A stretch of DNA of 64,000 nucleotides, from the NCBI GenBank assembly GCA_040882355.1, contig JBBEBM010000047.1:1-64000 (forward strand), in the 5' to 3' direction. This DNA is from Dehalococcoidia bacterium (lineage in GTDB: Bacteria > Chloroflexota > Dehalococcoidia > DSTF01 > RBG-16-68-14). Below the pieces are notes generated by a model. It was not told the DNA's origin. It saw only the letters and a program-made list of their open reading frames with translations, and made no database searches. Every line of letters begins with the position of its first letter. Within the stretch, counting starts at the first letter, position 1. Below, piece by piece: positions 9,830 to 18,746 of this stretch. The translations under genes were made by a program, and so were the position numbers.

Positions 9830-12800
9830 ATGTTCACACTCTTTCGCAAGCTGCTCGTGCTAAGCGTGGTGGTCGGTCTCCTGGCCATGCGCGCCGGCTC
9901 AAGCGATGCGTCCGCGAATACGTACGTGGGCTTGAGCGAGGTAAGCGCCGGAGGCTTCCACACCTGCATCGTTACCGACCCGAACGAAGGCGTTCGGTGC
10001 TGGGGACGCAACGACTCAGGCCAGCTTGGCGATGGGAGCACGACCCAGCGAACCAGCCCCACCGACGTCCTCACGCTGGGCAGCGGTGTGGCGCAGGTAA
10101 GCGCCGGAGGGTTTCACACGTGCGCCATCGCGAACGGCGGCGGCGTCCTCTGTTGGGGCGAGAACAACTTCGGTCAGCTCGGCGATGGCACGACTACCGA
10201 TAGGACGTCACCTACCCCTGTGTTCGGGCTCCAAGGGGGGGTGGTCAACATCTCGGCGGGCGGCCACCACACCTGCGCAGTTCTGGTGGGTGGCAGCGTG
10301 CGGTGCTGGGGGCGCAACAACGGGGGCCAGCTTGGAAACGGCACGACAACGAACAGCTCGGTCCCCGTCACGGTGACAGGATCTCAGAATATCGTCGCTG
10401 TTTCCGCAGGGGGTGGTACCACATCCGGCTTCGTCGGGCATACGTGCGCCCTTACGTCCGCCGGAGGTGTGCAGTGTTGGGGACTGAACGATTTCGGAGC
10501 GCTGGGCGACGGCACAACCTCACAGCGGACGACTCCTGTCAACGTTTCGGGCCTCGCGTCGGGCGCCGCGGCAGTCGAAGCCGGGCGCTGGCACACCTGC
10601 GCGCGCATGGCTGCTGGGGGAGTGAAGTGCTGGGGCTGGAACATCGCCGGTCAGCTCGGCGACGGCACCAACGCCACCCGACTGACGCCAGTGGATGTGA
10701 TCAATCTGGGCGCAACGGCGGTGAAGCTAGGCGTGGGCGGCATGCACACGTGCGCGGTACTTGCCACGGAGCGGGTCAAGTGCTGGGGTTCCAACGACCA
10801 GGCTGAGCTGGGAAACGGGGTGATCGGCACGCTGAGCCAGGTACCCGTGGAGGTCTGCCAGGTCTACGACAACGTTAACGACGTCTGCGCTCAGCCGTTT
10901 ACGGGCGCGCTGTTCATCGCTTCCGGCGGGGGCGTCTCTCCCAATAGCCACAACTGCGTCGGGGTGCGAGCATTCGTCGTCGACTACAGCCTGGCTTGCT
11001 GGGGTTACAACGGCTTCGGCCAACTGGGCGACGGCACGAAAGCGACCCGTGCTACACCGGTCACACCTCAACAGCAACCAGCGGTCATCCTGCTCCACGG
11101 CTTTCGGTCGGGCTGCGGCGCGATGGACGACATTCGCAACGGGCTGATAGCCGATCTGGGCGTGCCTGCGAACCGCGTCCGCTGCGTGGAATACGACAGC
11201 AAAGACGGTGTCTACAAGGGGGCCATTGAGTTGGCCGCCGGGGTTATCGATTTTCGCGAGGAGCTTGGCCTGCAGCCGGCCGATGAAGTCGACATCGTCG
11301 CCCACAGCATGGGAGGCCTGGTCGCGCGGTACTACCGCGAACAATACATTCATGTCGGGCCCTTCGGCAGTCTGAGCATGCTCGGCACACCCAACGAGGG
11401 GTCGGCGCTTGCCACAGTGGGCAAGTGGATCAATCCCATCCTCGCCGCCATCCCCTTTGTTGACCTGGATCAAGGCGGCCAGGCAATCACCGATATGGCG
11501 CCCGGCTCCGACCTCCTGGACGAACTCAACACCGGCTTCACGGTACCGTCCGGGATGATCTACAAGGCCCATGCCGGCAATATCCCGATTATCGGACCCA
11601 TGTTCCCGGGCCATCCCGGCGAGCCGGGTGACTGTATTGTCAGCCTGGACAGCGCGACCGGGCCCAACGGGGCTCTGGCTGCGACCGCAGATGAACACCT
11701 GGCCTTCCACTTCGGCGGCTGTGGTGAGCCGACCCTCACGGACAGCCCGTTCGTGATCGCCAGCCTGCCTCCAGCGATCACGGGCGATGCGGGTGGCGGC
11801 GGGTCGTTGGCGTCGTTGTCAGGTCCGTCATCGCGGCCTGCTGCGGCGATGCCGTTCGCTGATGAGACGGTCGATCGTGTGCTGCCGGCCGAAGAAAAGA
11901 CGCATGAGTTTGAGGTTCCCGCCGGTCTCGCAAGCGCTACGTTTGCGCTGTACTGGCAGGATGCCGACAGCAACCCCCAGCTCGGCCTGACGCTGCGACG
12001 CCCAGACGGCAGCGTGGTTGACGCTGCCCAATCAGATGTCGACGAAGTCGCGATCACGGATGAAGGCTTTGCGTACGTGCTTGGCCGCGCGTTCCGGATT
12101 ACGTCGCCCCAGGATGGTACGTGGGAGCTGACGGTCGACGGCACGTCCGTGCCGGCGGAGGGTGCGCCCTATCTGGCGGCGTTCTTGCCGGAGACCCAGG
12201 TGCTGCTTGCGCTAGAGCCCCAGATCAACGGTCTGGAAGTGAACAACCCGCAGGTTCTCACTGCGACGCTCTTCGATGGCGAGACGCCGGTCGCGGCTGG
12301 GGCATCGATCTCAGCCGAGGTCCTCACCCCCTCGTCCGCCGCGAACCTGGAGTTGCGCGACGACGGCACCGGCGGCGACAAAGTCTCCGGTGACCTCATC
12401 TACACAGGCACGTTCACCGATACATCGGCCTGCGGTGGGTATCGGGCCCGCGCTACTGCTACCGGCATAAGCGCTACGGAAGGGACCGTCACCCGCAAAC
12501 AACTGGCGTTCTTTGTCGTGCATTTGCCCGGCGACCGCATCCGCGATCCGTGTGACACCGACGACGATGATGACGCGCTCGCCGATGACGCTGAGATCGA
12601 CACGCACCTGACGGATCCGCAAGACGCCGATACGGACGACGACGGCTGCAACGACGGCAGTGAAGTCGGCTCAAACCCGGGTCAGGGCGGCCTGCGGAAC
12701 CCTCTGGATGTGTGGGACTTCATGGATCAGTACACAGGGGCGCCCCCAGTCAGGGACAAGACCGTGGCTGTCGGTGATATTGGCGCCGTTGTAGCTCGCT

Positions 12801-12991
12801 TCGGCGCGAGCGGCGATCCTCTGGGCGACCCGCTGCAACCGCCATCCGGCGGCGCGGGCTATCACGTCAGCGCCGACCGGAGCGGCTCGATCCCCGGCCA
12901 AGATCCCTGGGACCTTCTGCCACCGGACGGCATCATCGCGGTGGGCGATATTGGAGCGGTCGTCGTCCAGTTCGGGCACAGTTGCGCTTGA
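9830..12991 (+). CDS. Secreted multidomain protein: RCC1 repeats + alpha/beta hydrolase (lipase-like) + beta-sandwich domains + C-terminal dockerin-like 'flexitail'-type module
   Basis: Signal peptide; repeated HTC..GGV.CWG.N..GQLGDG; VILLHGF, AHSMGG, LGTPNEGS; LRDDGTGGD..GD.IYTG; tail DDDGC..GGLRNP..WDF..QFGHSC. Confidence 0.85.
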   Translation: MFTLFRKLLVLSVVVGLLAMRAGSSDASANTYVGLSEVSAGGFHTCIVTDPNEGVRCWGRNDSGQLGDGSTTQRTSPTDVLTLGSGVAQVSAGGFHTCAIANGGGVLCWGENNFGQLGDGTTTDRTSPTPVFGLQGGVVNISAGGHHTCAVLVGGSVRCWGRNNGGQLGNGTTTNSSVPVTVTGSQNIVAVSAGGGTTSGFVGHTCALTSAGGVQCWGLNDFGALGDGTTSQRTTPVNVSGLASGAAAVEAGRWHTCARMAAGGVKCWGWNIAGQLGDGTNATRLTPVDVINLGATAVKLGVGGMHTCAVLATERVKCWGSNDQAELGNGVIGTLSQVPVEVCQVYDNVNDVCAQPFTGALFIASGGGVSPNSHNCVGVRAFVVDYSLACWGYNGFGQLGDGTKATRATPVTPQQQPAVILLHGFRSGCGAMDDIRNGLIADLGVPANRVRCVEYDSKDGVYKGAIELAAGVIDFREELGLQPADEVDIVAHSMGGLVARYYREQYIHVGPFGSLSMLGTPNEGSALATVGKWINPILAAIPFVDLDQGGQAITDMAPGSDLLDELNTGFTVPSGMIYKAHAGNIPIIGPMFPGHPGEPGDCIVSLDSATGPNGALAATADEHLAFHFGGCGEPTLTDSPFVIASLPPAITGDAGGGGSLASLSGPSSRPAAAMPFADETVDRVLPAEEKTHEFEVPAGLASATFALYWQDADSNPQLGLTLRRPDGSVVDAAQSDVDEVAITDEGFAYVLGRAFRITSPQDGTWELTVDGTSVPAEGAPYLAAFLPETQVLLALEPQINGLEVNNPQVLTATLFDGETPVAAGASISAEVLTPSSAANLELRDDGTGGDKVSGDLIYTGTFTDTSACGGYRARATATGISATEGTVTRKQLAFFVVHLPGDRIRDPCDTDDDDDALADDAEIDTHLTDPQDADTDDDGCNDGSEVGSNPGQGGLRNPLDVWDFMDQYTGAPPVRDKTVAVGDIGAVVARFGASGDPLGDPLQPPSGGAGYHVSADRSGSIPGQDPWDLLPPDGIIAVGDIGAVVVQFGHSCA

Positions 12992-13087
12992 GTGGCTCGG
13001 CAACCCAAGAGCCTGGCTCCTAGCTTCGGTTCGTCTGCTACAATGCGGACGAAAACCACACGCGCCCACTCGTGAAAGGAGCCAATC

Positions 13088-14251
13088 GTGAACGATCGAG
13101 ATGTAGTTATCGTCGAGGCGGTGCGTACCGCCGTCGGCCGGCGAAACGGCAGCCTGAGCGGCGTCCACCCCGTGGTGCTGCTCTCCCAGGTGCTGCAGGA
13201 GCTGATGCGGCGCTCGGGCCTCAAGCCGGATGTTGTCGAGGACGTGATCTCCGGCTGCGTCGACCAGGCGGGCGAACAGGCGCTCAACGTTGGCCGCAAC
13301 GCGCTGCTCACCGCGGGCTTCCCGTACACCGTGCCCGCCACCACCGTCGACCGGCAGTGCGGGTCCGCCCAGCAGGCGATCCACTTCGCGGCGAACCTGG
13401 TGCAGGCTGGCGTCTGCGACGTCACGATCGGCTGCGGCGTCGAGAACATGTCGCGCGTGCCGATGGGCGCCAACATGGCGAAGGGTCCCGGCTTCCCGTT
13501 CCCGCCGGAGCTGCTTGGCCAGTACGGGCTCACCTCGCAAGGCATCTCCGCGGACGCGATCGCCACCAAGTGGGGCATCTCGCGCGAGGACGTGGATGGC
13601 TTCGCGGTCGGGAGCCACATGAAGGCGGCGCGCGCCCGGGAGGAGGGTCGCTTCAAGAAGGAGATCCTGCCGATCAAAGTGACGCTGGAAGGCGTCGATA
13701 CCGTGTTCGAGCGGGACGAGGGCATTCGCCCGGACTCCACCGTCGAGAAGCTCGCGACGCTCCAGCCGTCGTTCCAGGAAAACGGCGTTCACCACGCCGG
13801 TAACTCGTCGCAGATCTCGGACGGCGCGGCGGCCGTGCTGCTGATGTCGGCGGCGAAGGCGAAGGAGCTGGGCGTGAAGGCGCGGGCGCGCATCGTCGCG
13901 CAGGCGGTCGTGGGCTCAGAGCCGGTGCTGATGCTCACCGGCCCGATGACGGCCACGCCGAAGGTGCTCGACAAGGCCGGCCTCAAGCTGGGCGACATCG
14001 ACCTGTTCGAGATCAACGAGGCGTTCGCGTCGGTGGTGCTCGCGTGGGAGAAGGAGCTCTCGCCGGACATGCGCAAGGTGAACGTGAACGGCGGGGCGAT
14101 CGCGCTGGGCCACCCGTTGGGCTGCACCGGGGCGAAGCTGATGACGACGCTCCTGCACGAGCTGGAGCGCACCGGCGGCCGCTACGGCCTGGAGACGATG
14201 TGCTGCGGCGGTGGGCTGGGCACGGCGACGATCATCGAACGGCTGGACTAG
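13088..14251 (+). CDS. Acetyl-CoA C-acyltransferase (thiolase)
   Basis: TTVDRQCGS, GNSSQISDGAAA, EINEAFA, GGAIALGHPLG, MCCGGGLG. Confidence 0.96.
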   Translation: MNDRDVVIVEAVRTAVGRRNGSLSGVHPVVLLSQVLQELMRRSGLKPDVVEDVISGCVDQAGEQALNVGRNALLTAGFPYTVPATTVDRQCGSAQQAIHFAANLVQAGVCDVTIGCGVENMSRVPMGANMAKGPGFPFPPELLGQYGLTSQGISADAIATKWGISREDVDGFAVGSHMKAARAREEGRFKKEILPIKVTLEGVDTVFERDEGIRPDSTVEKLATLQPSFQENGVHHAGNSSQISDGAAAVLLMSAAKAKELGVKARARIVAQAVVGSEPVLMLTGPMTATPKVLDKAGLKLGDIDLFEINEAFASVVLAWEKELSPDMRKVNVNGGAIALGHPLGCTGAKLMTTLLHELERTGGRYGLETMCCGGGLGTATIIERLD

Positions 14252-14279
14252 GCGCAAGCGACTAGGAATTGAACGGGAC

Positions 14280-14316
14280 CCGCCTGTGGCCCAACCGAGG
14301 CCGCAGGCGGTCGTTT
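14280..14316 (+). terminator. Hairpin after thiolase, probable terminator
   Basis: CCGCCTGTGGCC...GGCCGCAGGCGG followed by TCGTTT. Confidence 0.5.
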
Positions 14317-14333
14317 CGTACGTGGGTTGGGTG

Positions 14334-14732
14334 ATGAGTCAGGGACGGGTGCTTATCTCTGGCCGAGGCGCCAGGCGATTGGGCCTCGAGGATGGTGAGC
14401 TGGTGCTGCTCGCAGGGAGGGCCCAGGCAACGCCGGTCTTCTGGTGGCTCCCCTTGGGGCTGTACGCAAGTGGAATCCTGTACCTGACGGATAGGCGTTT
14501 GATCTGGAGGCGGTCATGGTGGAATGCGCCATTCCTCGGGACGAGGTCATTTCAGCTCCGTGTTGGCGACATCAATGACTGCCGCGTGTACAACTCGGGC
14601 TTCCGGGTCTGGACTAGGAACTGGGAGAGCTACTGGTTCACACCGGGGCTCATCTGGCTCAACCCTTTCTATCGGCGGGCGACCGAGGAATGGGTCGGTG
14701 CTATCCGGACCGCGATCGGGCGTACGCAGTAA
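14334..14732 (+). CDS. Hypothetical protein, possible GRAM/PH-like fold
   Basis: GILYLTDRRLIW motif and C-terminal EEWVGAI helix typical of PH-like domains. Confidence 0.55.
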   Translation: MSQGRVLISGRGARRLGLEDGELVLLAGRAQATPVFWWLPLGLYASGILYLTDRRLIWRRSWWNAPFLGTRSFQLRVGDINDCRVYNSGFRVWTRNWESYWFTPGLIWLNPFYRRATEEWVGAIRTAIGRTQ

Positions 14733-14839
14733 CAACCCTGCCGTTCGGCCCGTTTGTGTTTGTGACCACTAGCACTTGCGAACTCGAGCGCGAGGCTGGT
14801 ATGATAGCCGCGAAAGAGAACGAAGAGGAGGTGGCGAAG

Positions 14840-15055
14840 ATGGAACGGAACACATTCCAGGAAGCGGCAGACCGGTTGGGCCTGATGGCCTACATGTTCG
14901 TGATGAGCGGAGGCCGGCCGGATTGGCAGATGCTCACGCTGCAAGCGCCTCAGGAGGTTCTTGAGGCCCAGGGCACCGCGGGCGATCTGAGAGGGTTGCT
15001 CGAGACCACCGTCCCGCTGGAAGTTGGTCGCGAGCACGAGGACGCGGCCGCCTAA
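14840..15055 (+). CDS. Small hypothetical protein (71 aa)
   Basis: GAGGAGG RBS, upstream TGGTATGAT extended -10, downstream hairpin AGCCCGGCA-N4-TGCCGGGCT. Confidence 0.6.
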   Translation: MERNTFQEAADRLGLMAYMFVMSGGRPDWQMLTLQAPQEVLEAQGTAGDLRGLLETTVPLEVGREHEDAAA

Positions 15056-15128
15056 CCGGCAACCGCCGACACACACCGAGCCCGGCACGCTTGCCGGGCT
15101 TCGTCATGTCTGCGGTGACAGCTCCGAG

Positions 15129-15137
15129 TGGTATAAT
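15129..15137 (+). promoter_or_regulatory. Extended -10 promoter (TGGTATAAT) for the tRNA
   Basis: Consensus TGnTATAAT 15 nt upstream of the tRNA. Confidence 0.65.
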
Positions 15138-15152
15138 CGCCTCAGCAAGCGC

Positions 15153-15227
15153 GGGCCCGTAGCTCAGCGGCAGAGCGGCCGGCTCATAACCGGTTGGTCT
15201 CAGGTTCGAATCCTGGCGGGCCCACCA
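15153..15227 (+). tRNA. tRNA with CAT anticodon (probably tRNA-Ile2/lysidine type; elongator Met not excluded)
   Basis: Acceptor GGGCCCG/CGGGCCC-A-CCA, anticodon arm GCCGG-CTCATAA-CCGGT, T-loop GGTTCGAATCC, encoded CCA. Confidence 0.95.
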
Positions 15228-15276
15228 AGCGCTCATACTCAGGACCCATTGCGGGCATGCTGGGAGAAGCGAGCAG

Positions 15277-15537
15277 ATGGCGACGGCGCTACGCGAGGTG
15301 AATACGATCCGGCAGTTTCGCCGGGTGACGAGCCGCGATGCGGGCTTCATCGTGATCACGGACGGCGCGTATCCGGCGCACATCCACAAGGCGGACTGCC
15401 CCTGGCTCCGAGAGCGCTACTTCGAGATGAAGGTGATTCGCAACGACTGTCGCCATGGACACTACTACTGGGTCGCGAATAAGCGCGTCGCCCGCTCGCA
15501 GCTCGACGCCGAGCCGTGCGAGAAGTGCCATCCCTGA
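15277..15537 (+). CDS. Small hypothetical metal-binding protein (HxxxC...PCxxCxP)
   Basis: 86-aa ORF with IHKADC and PCEKCHP. Confidence 0.6.
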   Translation: MATALREVNTIRQFRRVTSRDAGFIVITDGAYPAHIHKADCPWLRERYFEMKVIRNDCRHGHYYWVANKRVARSQLDAEPCEKCHP

Positions 15538-15556
15538 ACGGACCGCCGCACTGCCC

Positions 15557-15979
15557 GTGACCGCCGCCCCCGTCATCGATGCCGACTTCTTGCGCAAGCT
15601 GGGGCTGAAGCCAGGCCATCGCCTCGGCCTGGTGGGAGCGCCGGGTGAGTGGGTGAAGGCGCTCGGCCACATCGCGGACGCTGCCGCGTGGCGCTCGATC
15701 GCAAAAGCTCGGGAGGCGGACGTCATCCTCGTCTGGCTGGAGCCGTCCGACGACCTGCGCGCGACCTTCGATGCGCTGGAGTCACGCATCCCGCCCGACG
15801 GCGCGGTCTGGGCCGTGATCCCGAAGAAGAGCGCCCTCGCGAAGGGCGAGGACGCTGTCGAGTGGGCGACGATGCAAGCGGCGGGGCTCGCGTCGGGGCG
15901 GCTCGTCGACAACAAAGAGCTGCGTTTCGACGATCGCTACTACGGCACGCGCTTCGTGGTGCGGAAGGAGCAGCGTTAG
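15557..15979 (+). CDS. DUF3052-like protein
   Basis: KLGLKPG, DGAVWAVIPKK, LVDNK, RFVVRKEQR; start uncertain. Confidence 0.75.
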   Translation: MTAAPVIDADFLRKLGLKPGHRLGLVGAPGEWVKALGHIADAAAWRSIAKAREADVILVWLEPSDDLRATFDALESRIPPDGAVWAVIPKKSALAKGEDAVEWATMQAAGLASGRLVDNKELRFDDRYYGTRFVVRKEQR

Positions 15980-15980
15980 C

Positions 15981-16979
15981 ATGCGCGCGGAGCAGGTCGC
16001 GGCATTCCTCCAGCACAAGATGCCGGACGCGAGCGAGATCGAGGTCTCGCAGCTCTCGCGCATCCCGGGCGGCGCCTCGCGCGAGACGTGGTCGTGCGAC
16101 GCGACTTGGCGCGAAGGCAAGGCGCGCGCCGGACGCGGGCTCATCTTCCGCCGCGATCCCGAAGCGAGCTTGCTCGAGACCGAGCGCGACGTGGAGTTTC
16201 GCGTCTACCAGGCGCTCCAGGGCACGGGCGTGCCCGTGCCCGAGATGTTCTGGCTGGAGACCGACCCGAAATGGCTGGAGCGGCCGTTCTTCGTCATGGC
16301 GCGTCTGCCCGGCGAAGCTTCGCCCCAGCAGCTCGTAGCGAGCGCCTTCAACGGCCACCTCGACACGATCGCGCAGCAAAAGGTCGACGTACTGGCGCGC
16401 ATCCACGGCCTCGACTGGCAGGCCTTGGGCCTCGACTTCCTCGGCGCGCCGGGGCCGGATGACTGCGCGCGGCGCGAGATCGACCGCTGGCAGGCGATCA
16501 TGCGCGAGCAGGCGCTGGAGCCGCAGCCGGCGCTGGAGCTCGCGCTCGCCTGGCTGCGCGCGCACCAGCCCGTCGCGCAGCGCGTTTCGATCGTCCACGC
16601 CGACTATCGCACGGGCAACTTCCTCGTCGAGGGCGACAGGATCACGGGCGTGCTCGACTGGGAGATGGTGCACCTTGGCGACCCGATGGAGGACGTCGCG
16701 TGGGTCTGCCTGCGTTCGTGGCGTTGGGCGGGCGACGCGCGGGTGGGCGGGCTGCTCACGCGCGAGGAGTTCTACCGCCGCTACGAGGCCGCCGGCGGGC
16801 CGCCGGTCGACGCCGAGGGGGTGCGCTTCTGGGAGGTGCTGGGCAACCTGAAGCTGGCGACGATCTTCCTCACCGGCGCGCGCTCGTTCTGCGAGGGGCG
16901 GAGCAAGGACGCGGTCTTCGCCTTCACGGCGCGCCTCAACCCCGACATCGAAGCCGAGATCCTGCGCCTCATCGCGTAA
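15981..16979 (+). CDS. APH-family phosphotransferase (ACAD10/11 kinase-like, LvaA-like)
   Basis: GGASRETW, PFFVM, VHADYRTGNFL, LDWEMVHLGDPMED. Confidence 0.9.
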   Translation: MRAEQVAAFLQHKMPDASEIEVSQLSRIPGGASRETWSCDATWREGKARAGRGLIFRRDPEASLLETERDVEFRVYQALQGTGVPVPEMFWLETDPKWLERPFFVMARLPGEASPQQLVASAFNGHLDTIAQQKVDVLARIHGLDWQALGLDFLGAPGPDDCARREIDRWQAIMREQALEPQPALELALAWLRAHQPVAQRVSIVHADYRTGNFLVEGDRITGVLDWEMVHLGDPMEDVAWVCLRSWRWAGDARVGGLLTREEFYRRYEAAGGPPVDAEGVRFWEVLGNLKLATIFLTGARSFCEGRSKDAVFAFTARLNPDIEAEILRLIA

Positions 16980-17025
16980 GGCCGTTACGCCTTCCGAACC
17001 CCTATAATCACGAGGGAGGAAGAGC

Positions 17026-17484
17026 GTGCGACCCAACGGCCAAGAGGTGCTGCGCGGCGTTCAGTCCGCGCTTGCGACTTACATCCTGCCCGAAGTCCAG
17101 ACGGCCTACGCTCGCACCGAGCTGATGGCGATGCTCGCGTTGCTGGGGATGACGGCCGAGGAGTGGGACGGCGCTGCGCAACGGCTTGTCGACGATAACA
17201 CGGCGCTACGCGCGCTGGCCCGACGCGCCGCTGACGTGGTCGACGACGAGGCCCTCGTGAGCGATCTGCGGGCGCTCGCCGGGCAGCACGAAACGTCCGT
17301 ACGCATATCGGAGCTGTCGTCCGCGAACGCGGCGCTGCGGGAGGCGCTCTCGCGACTCGCGCCGCTGCTTGAGGGTGCCGAGGCACCCGCGCTACGGGAC
17401 TTGCGCGCCGCCCTGATCGAGCACCTGCGCGCGGACGCGGAGGCCGCCTCGCGTCACCTGATGGGGCCGCGGGCGGACGGCTGA
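17026..17484 (+). CDS. Small helical partner protein (DUF6285/LvaB-like)
   Basis: MRPNGQEVLRGV..L..YILPE; directly downstream of the APH kinase. Confidence 0.65.
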   Translation: MRPNGQEVLRGVQSALATYILPEVQTAYARTELMAMLALLGMTAEEWDGAAQRLVDDNTALRALARRAADVVDDEALVSDLRALAGQHETSVRISELSSANAALREALSRLAPLLEGAEAPALRDLRAALIEHLRADAEAASRHLMGPRADG

Positions 17485-18746
17485 TGACCGTCGAGGCACA
17501 GGCCGCGCCCGCCACGCCGGCCACAGGCGGACGCTTCGCCGCAGCGACTGATGCGCTCCACGTGCGCGACTTCCGGTTGCTCTGGCTGAACTCGCTCACG
17601 TTCTTCCTGGGGCGGAGCATGCAGATGGTGGCGGTGAGCTGGCTCGTCCTCGACATCACGGACTCGGCGGCGCTGGTGGGCGCGGCGCTCTTCGCGCAGG
17701 GGCTACCGCTCGCGCTGTTCTCGTTGCCTGCCGGCGTCTGGGCCGACCGGCTCGACAGGCGGCGGCTGCTCGTGGTCAGCCAGACGGTGTCGGTGGTGAT
17801 GACGGCTGTCCTCACGTTCCTGCTGCTGATCGACGCAGTCATGGTCTGGCAGATCTTCGTCATCGCGTTCGTCATGGGCACGGCGATGGCGCTCGGCCAG
17901 CCGAGCCGGCAGGCGCTGGTGCCGTCGCTGGTTGGGCCGGAGCGGCTGATGAACGCGATCGTGCTCAACAACCTGGTGCAAAACCTGTCGTTTGTCATTG
18001 GGCCGGCGCTGGCAGGCTTGCTGCTCGCGCAGATCGGCTTCGGCGGCACGTTCGTAGTGCAGGTCGGCCTGCTGGTGGCCGGACTGCCGTGGCTGCTGGC
18101 GATGCGCGTCCCGCCGATCGCTCACCAAACCGAGCGCGCGCCGCTGATGACGGAGCTACGCGAGGGCGTGTCGCATGTACTGGCGAGCCCGCTGGTACGC
18201 TCGCTGTTCATCGTCACAGCCTTCACGGGTATCTTCTATGTCGGGACGTACCAGGCGCTGTCGCCTGTCTTCGCTCGCGATATCCTCGATGTCGGCGCGC
18301 TGGGCCTCGGCTTCATGAACGCGGCCTTCGGGACGGGCATGTTCCTCGGCTCGATATTCATCGCCTCGCGCCGCAATCTCAACCGGAAGGGCGAGGTGCT
18401 GCTCGTGTCGCTGCTGACGGGCGCGCTGGTCTTCGGCGTCTTCGCGGCGTCACGCTGGTTCGCGCTGTCCGAGCTGGCGCTGCTGGCCTGGGGATTCGGC
18501 GCGGCGTTCTTCATGAACCTGACGATCACGCTGATCCAGGCGAACACGCCCGACCGCGTGATGGGGCGCGTGATGAGCGTCCAGGCGCTCTGCTTCTACG
18601 GCGTGAGCCCGATCGGCAACCTGTTGGGGGGTGTGCTTGCGGAAGTCGTGAGCGCGCCGTTCGCTGTCGTCGTGAGCAGCGTGGCGGTTGGGGTGCTGGC
18701 GATCTGGTACCTGCTGCGGCAGCCTGAACTGCGTGCGGCGAGCTAA
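17484..18746 (+). CDS. MFS transporter (MFS_3/H+ antiporter-like)
   Basis: RDFRLLW, GVWADRLDRRRLL, PSRQALVPSLV, MGRVMSV; 12 TM. Confidence 0.92.
   Translation: MTVEAQAAPATPATGGRFAAATDALHVRDFRLLWLNSLTFFLGRSMQMVAVSWLVLDITDSAALVGAALFAQGLPLALFSLPAGVWADRLDRRRLLVVSQTVSVVMTAVLTFLLLIDAVMVWQIFVIAFVMGTAMALGQPSRQALVPSLVGPERLMNAIVLNNLVQNLSFVIGPALAGLLLAQIGFGGTFVVQVGLLVAGLPWLLAMRVPPIAHQTERAPLMTELREGVSHVLASPLVRSLFIVTAFTGIFYVGTYQALSPVFARDILDVGALGLGFMNAAFGTGMFLGSIFIASRRNLNRKGEVLLVSLLTGALVFGVFAASRWFALSELALLAWGFGAAFFMNLTITLIQANTPDRVMGRVMSVQALCFYGVSPIGNLLGGVLAEVVSAPFAVVVSSVAVGVLAIWYLLRQPELRAAS

Noticed and set aside
9940..11060. Periodic DNA repeats resembling an array
   Set aside because: They are coding RCC1 repeats, not CRISPR; there are no identical repeats with unique spacers.
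15153..15300. tRNA as an island integration site
   Set aside because: No integrase and no duplicated tRNA 3' end found in the window.
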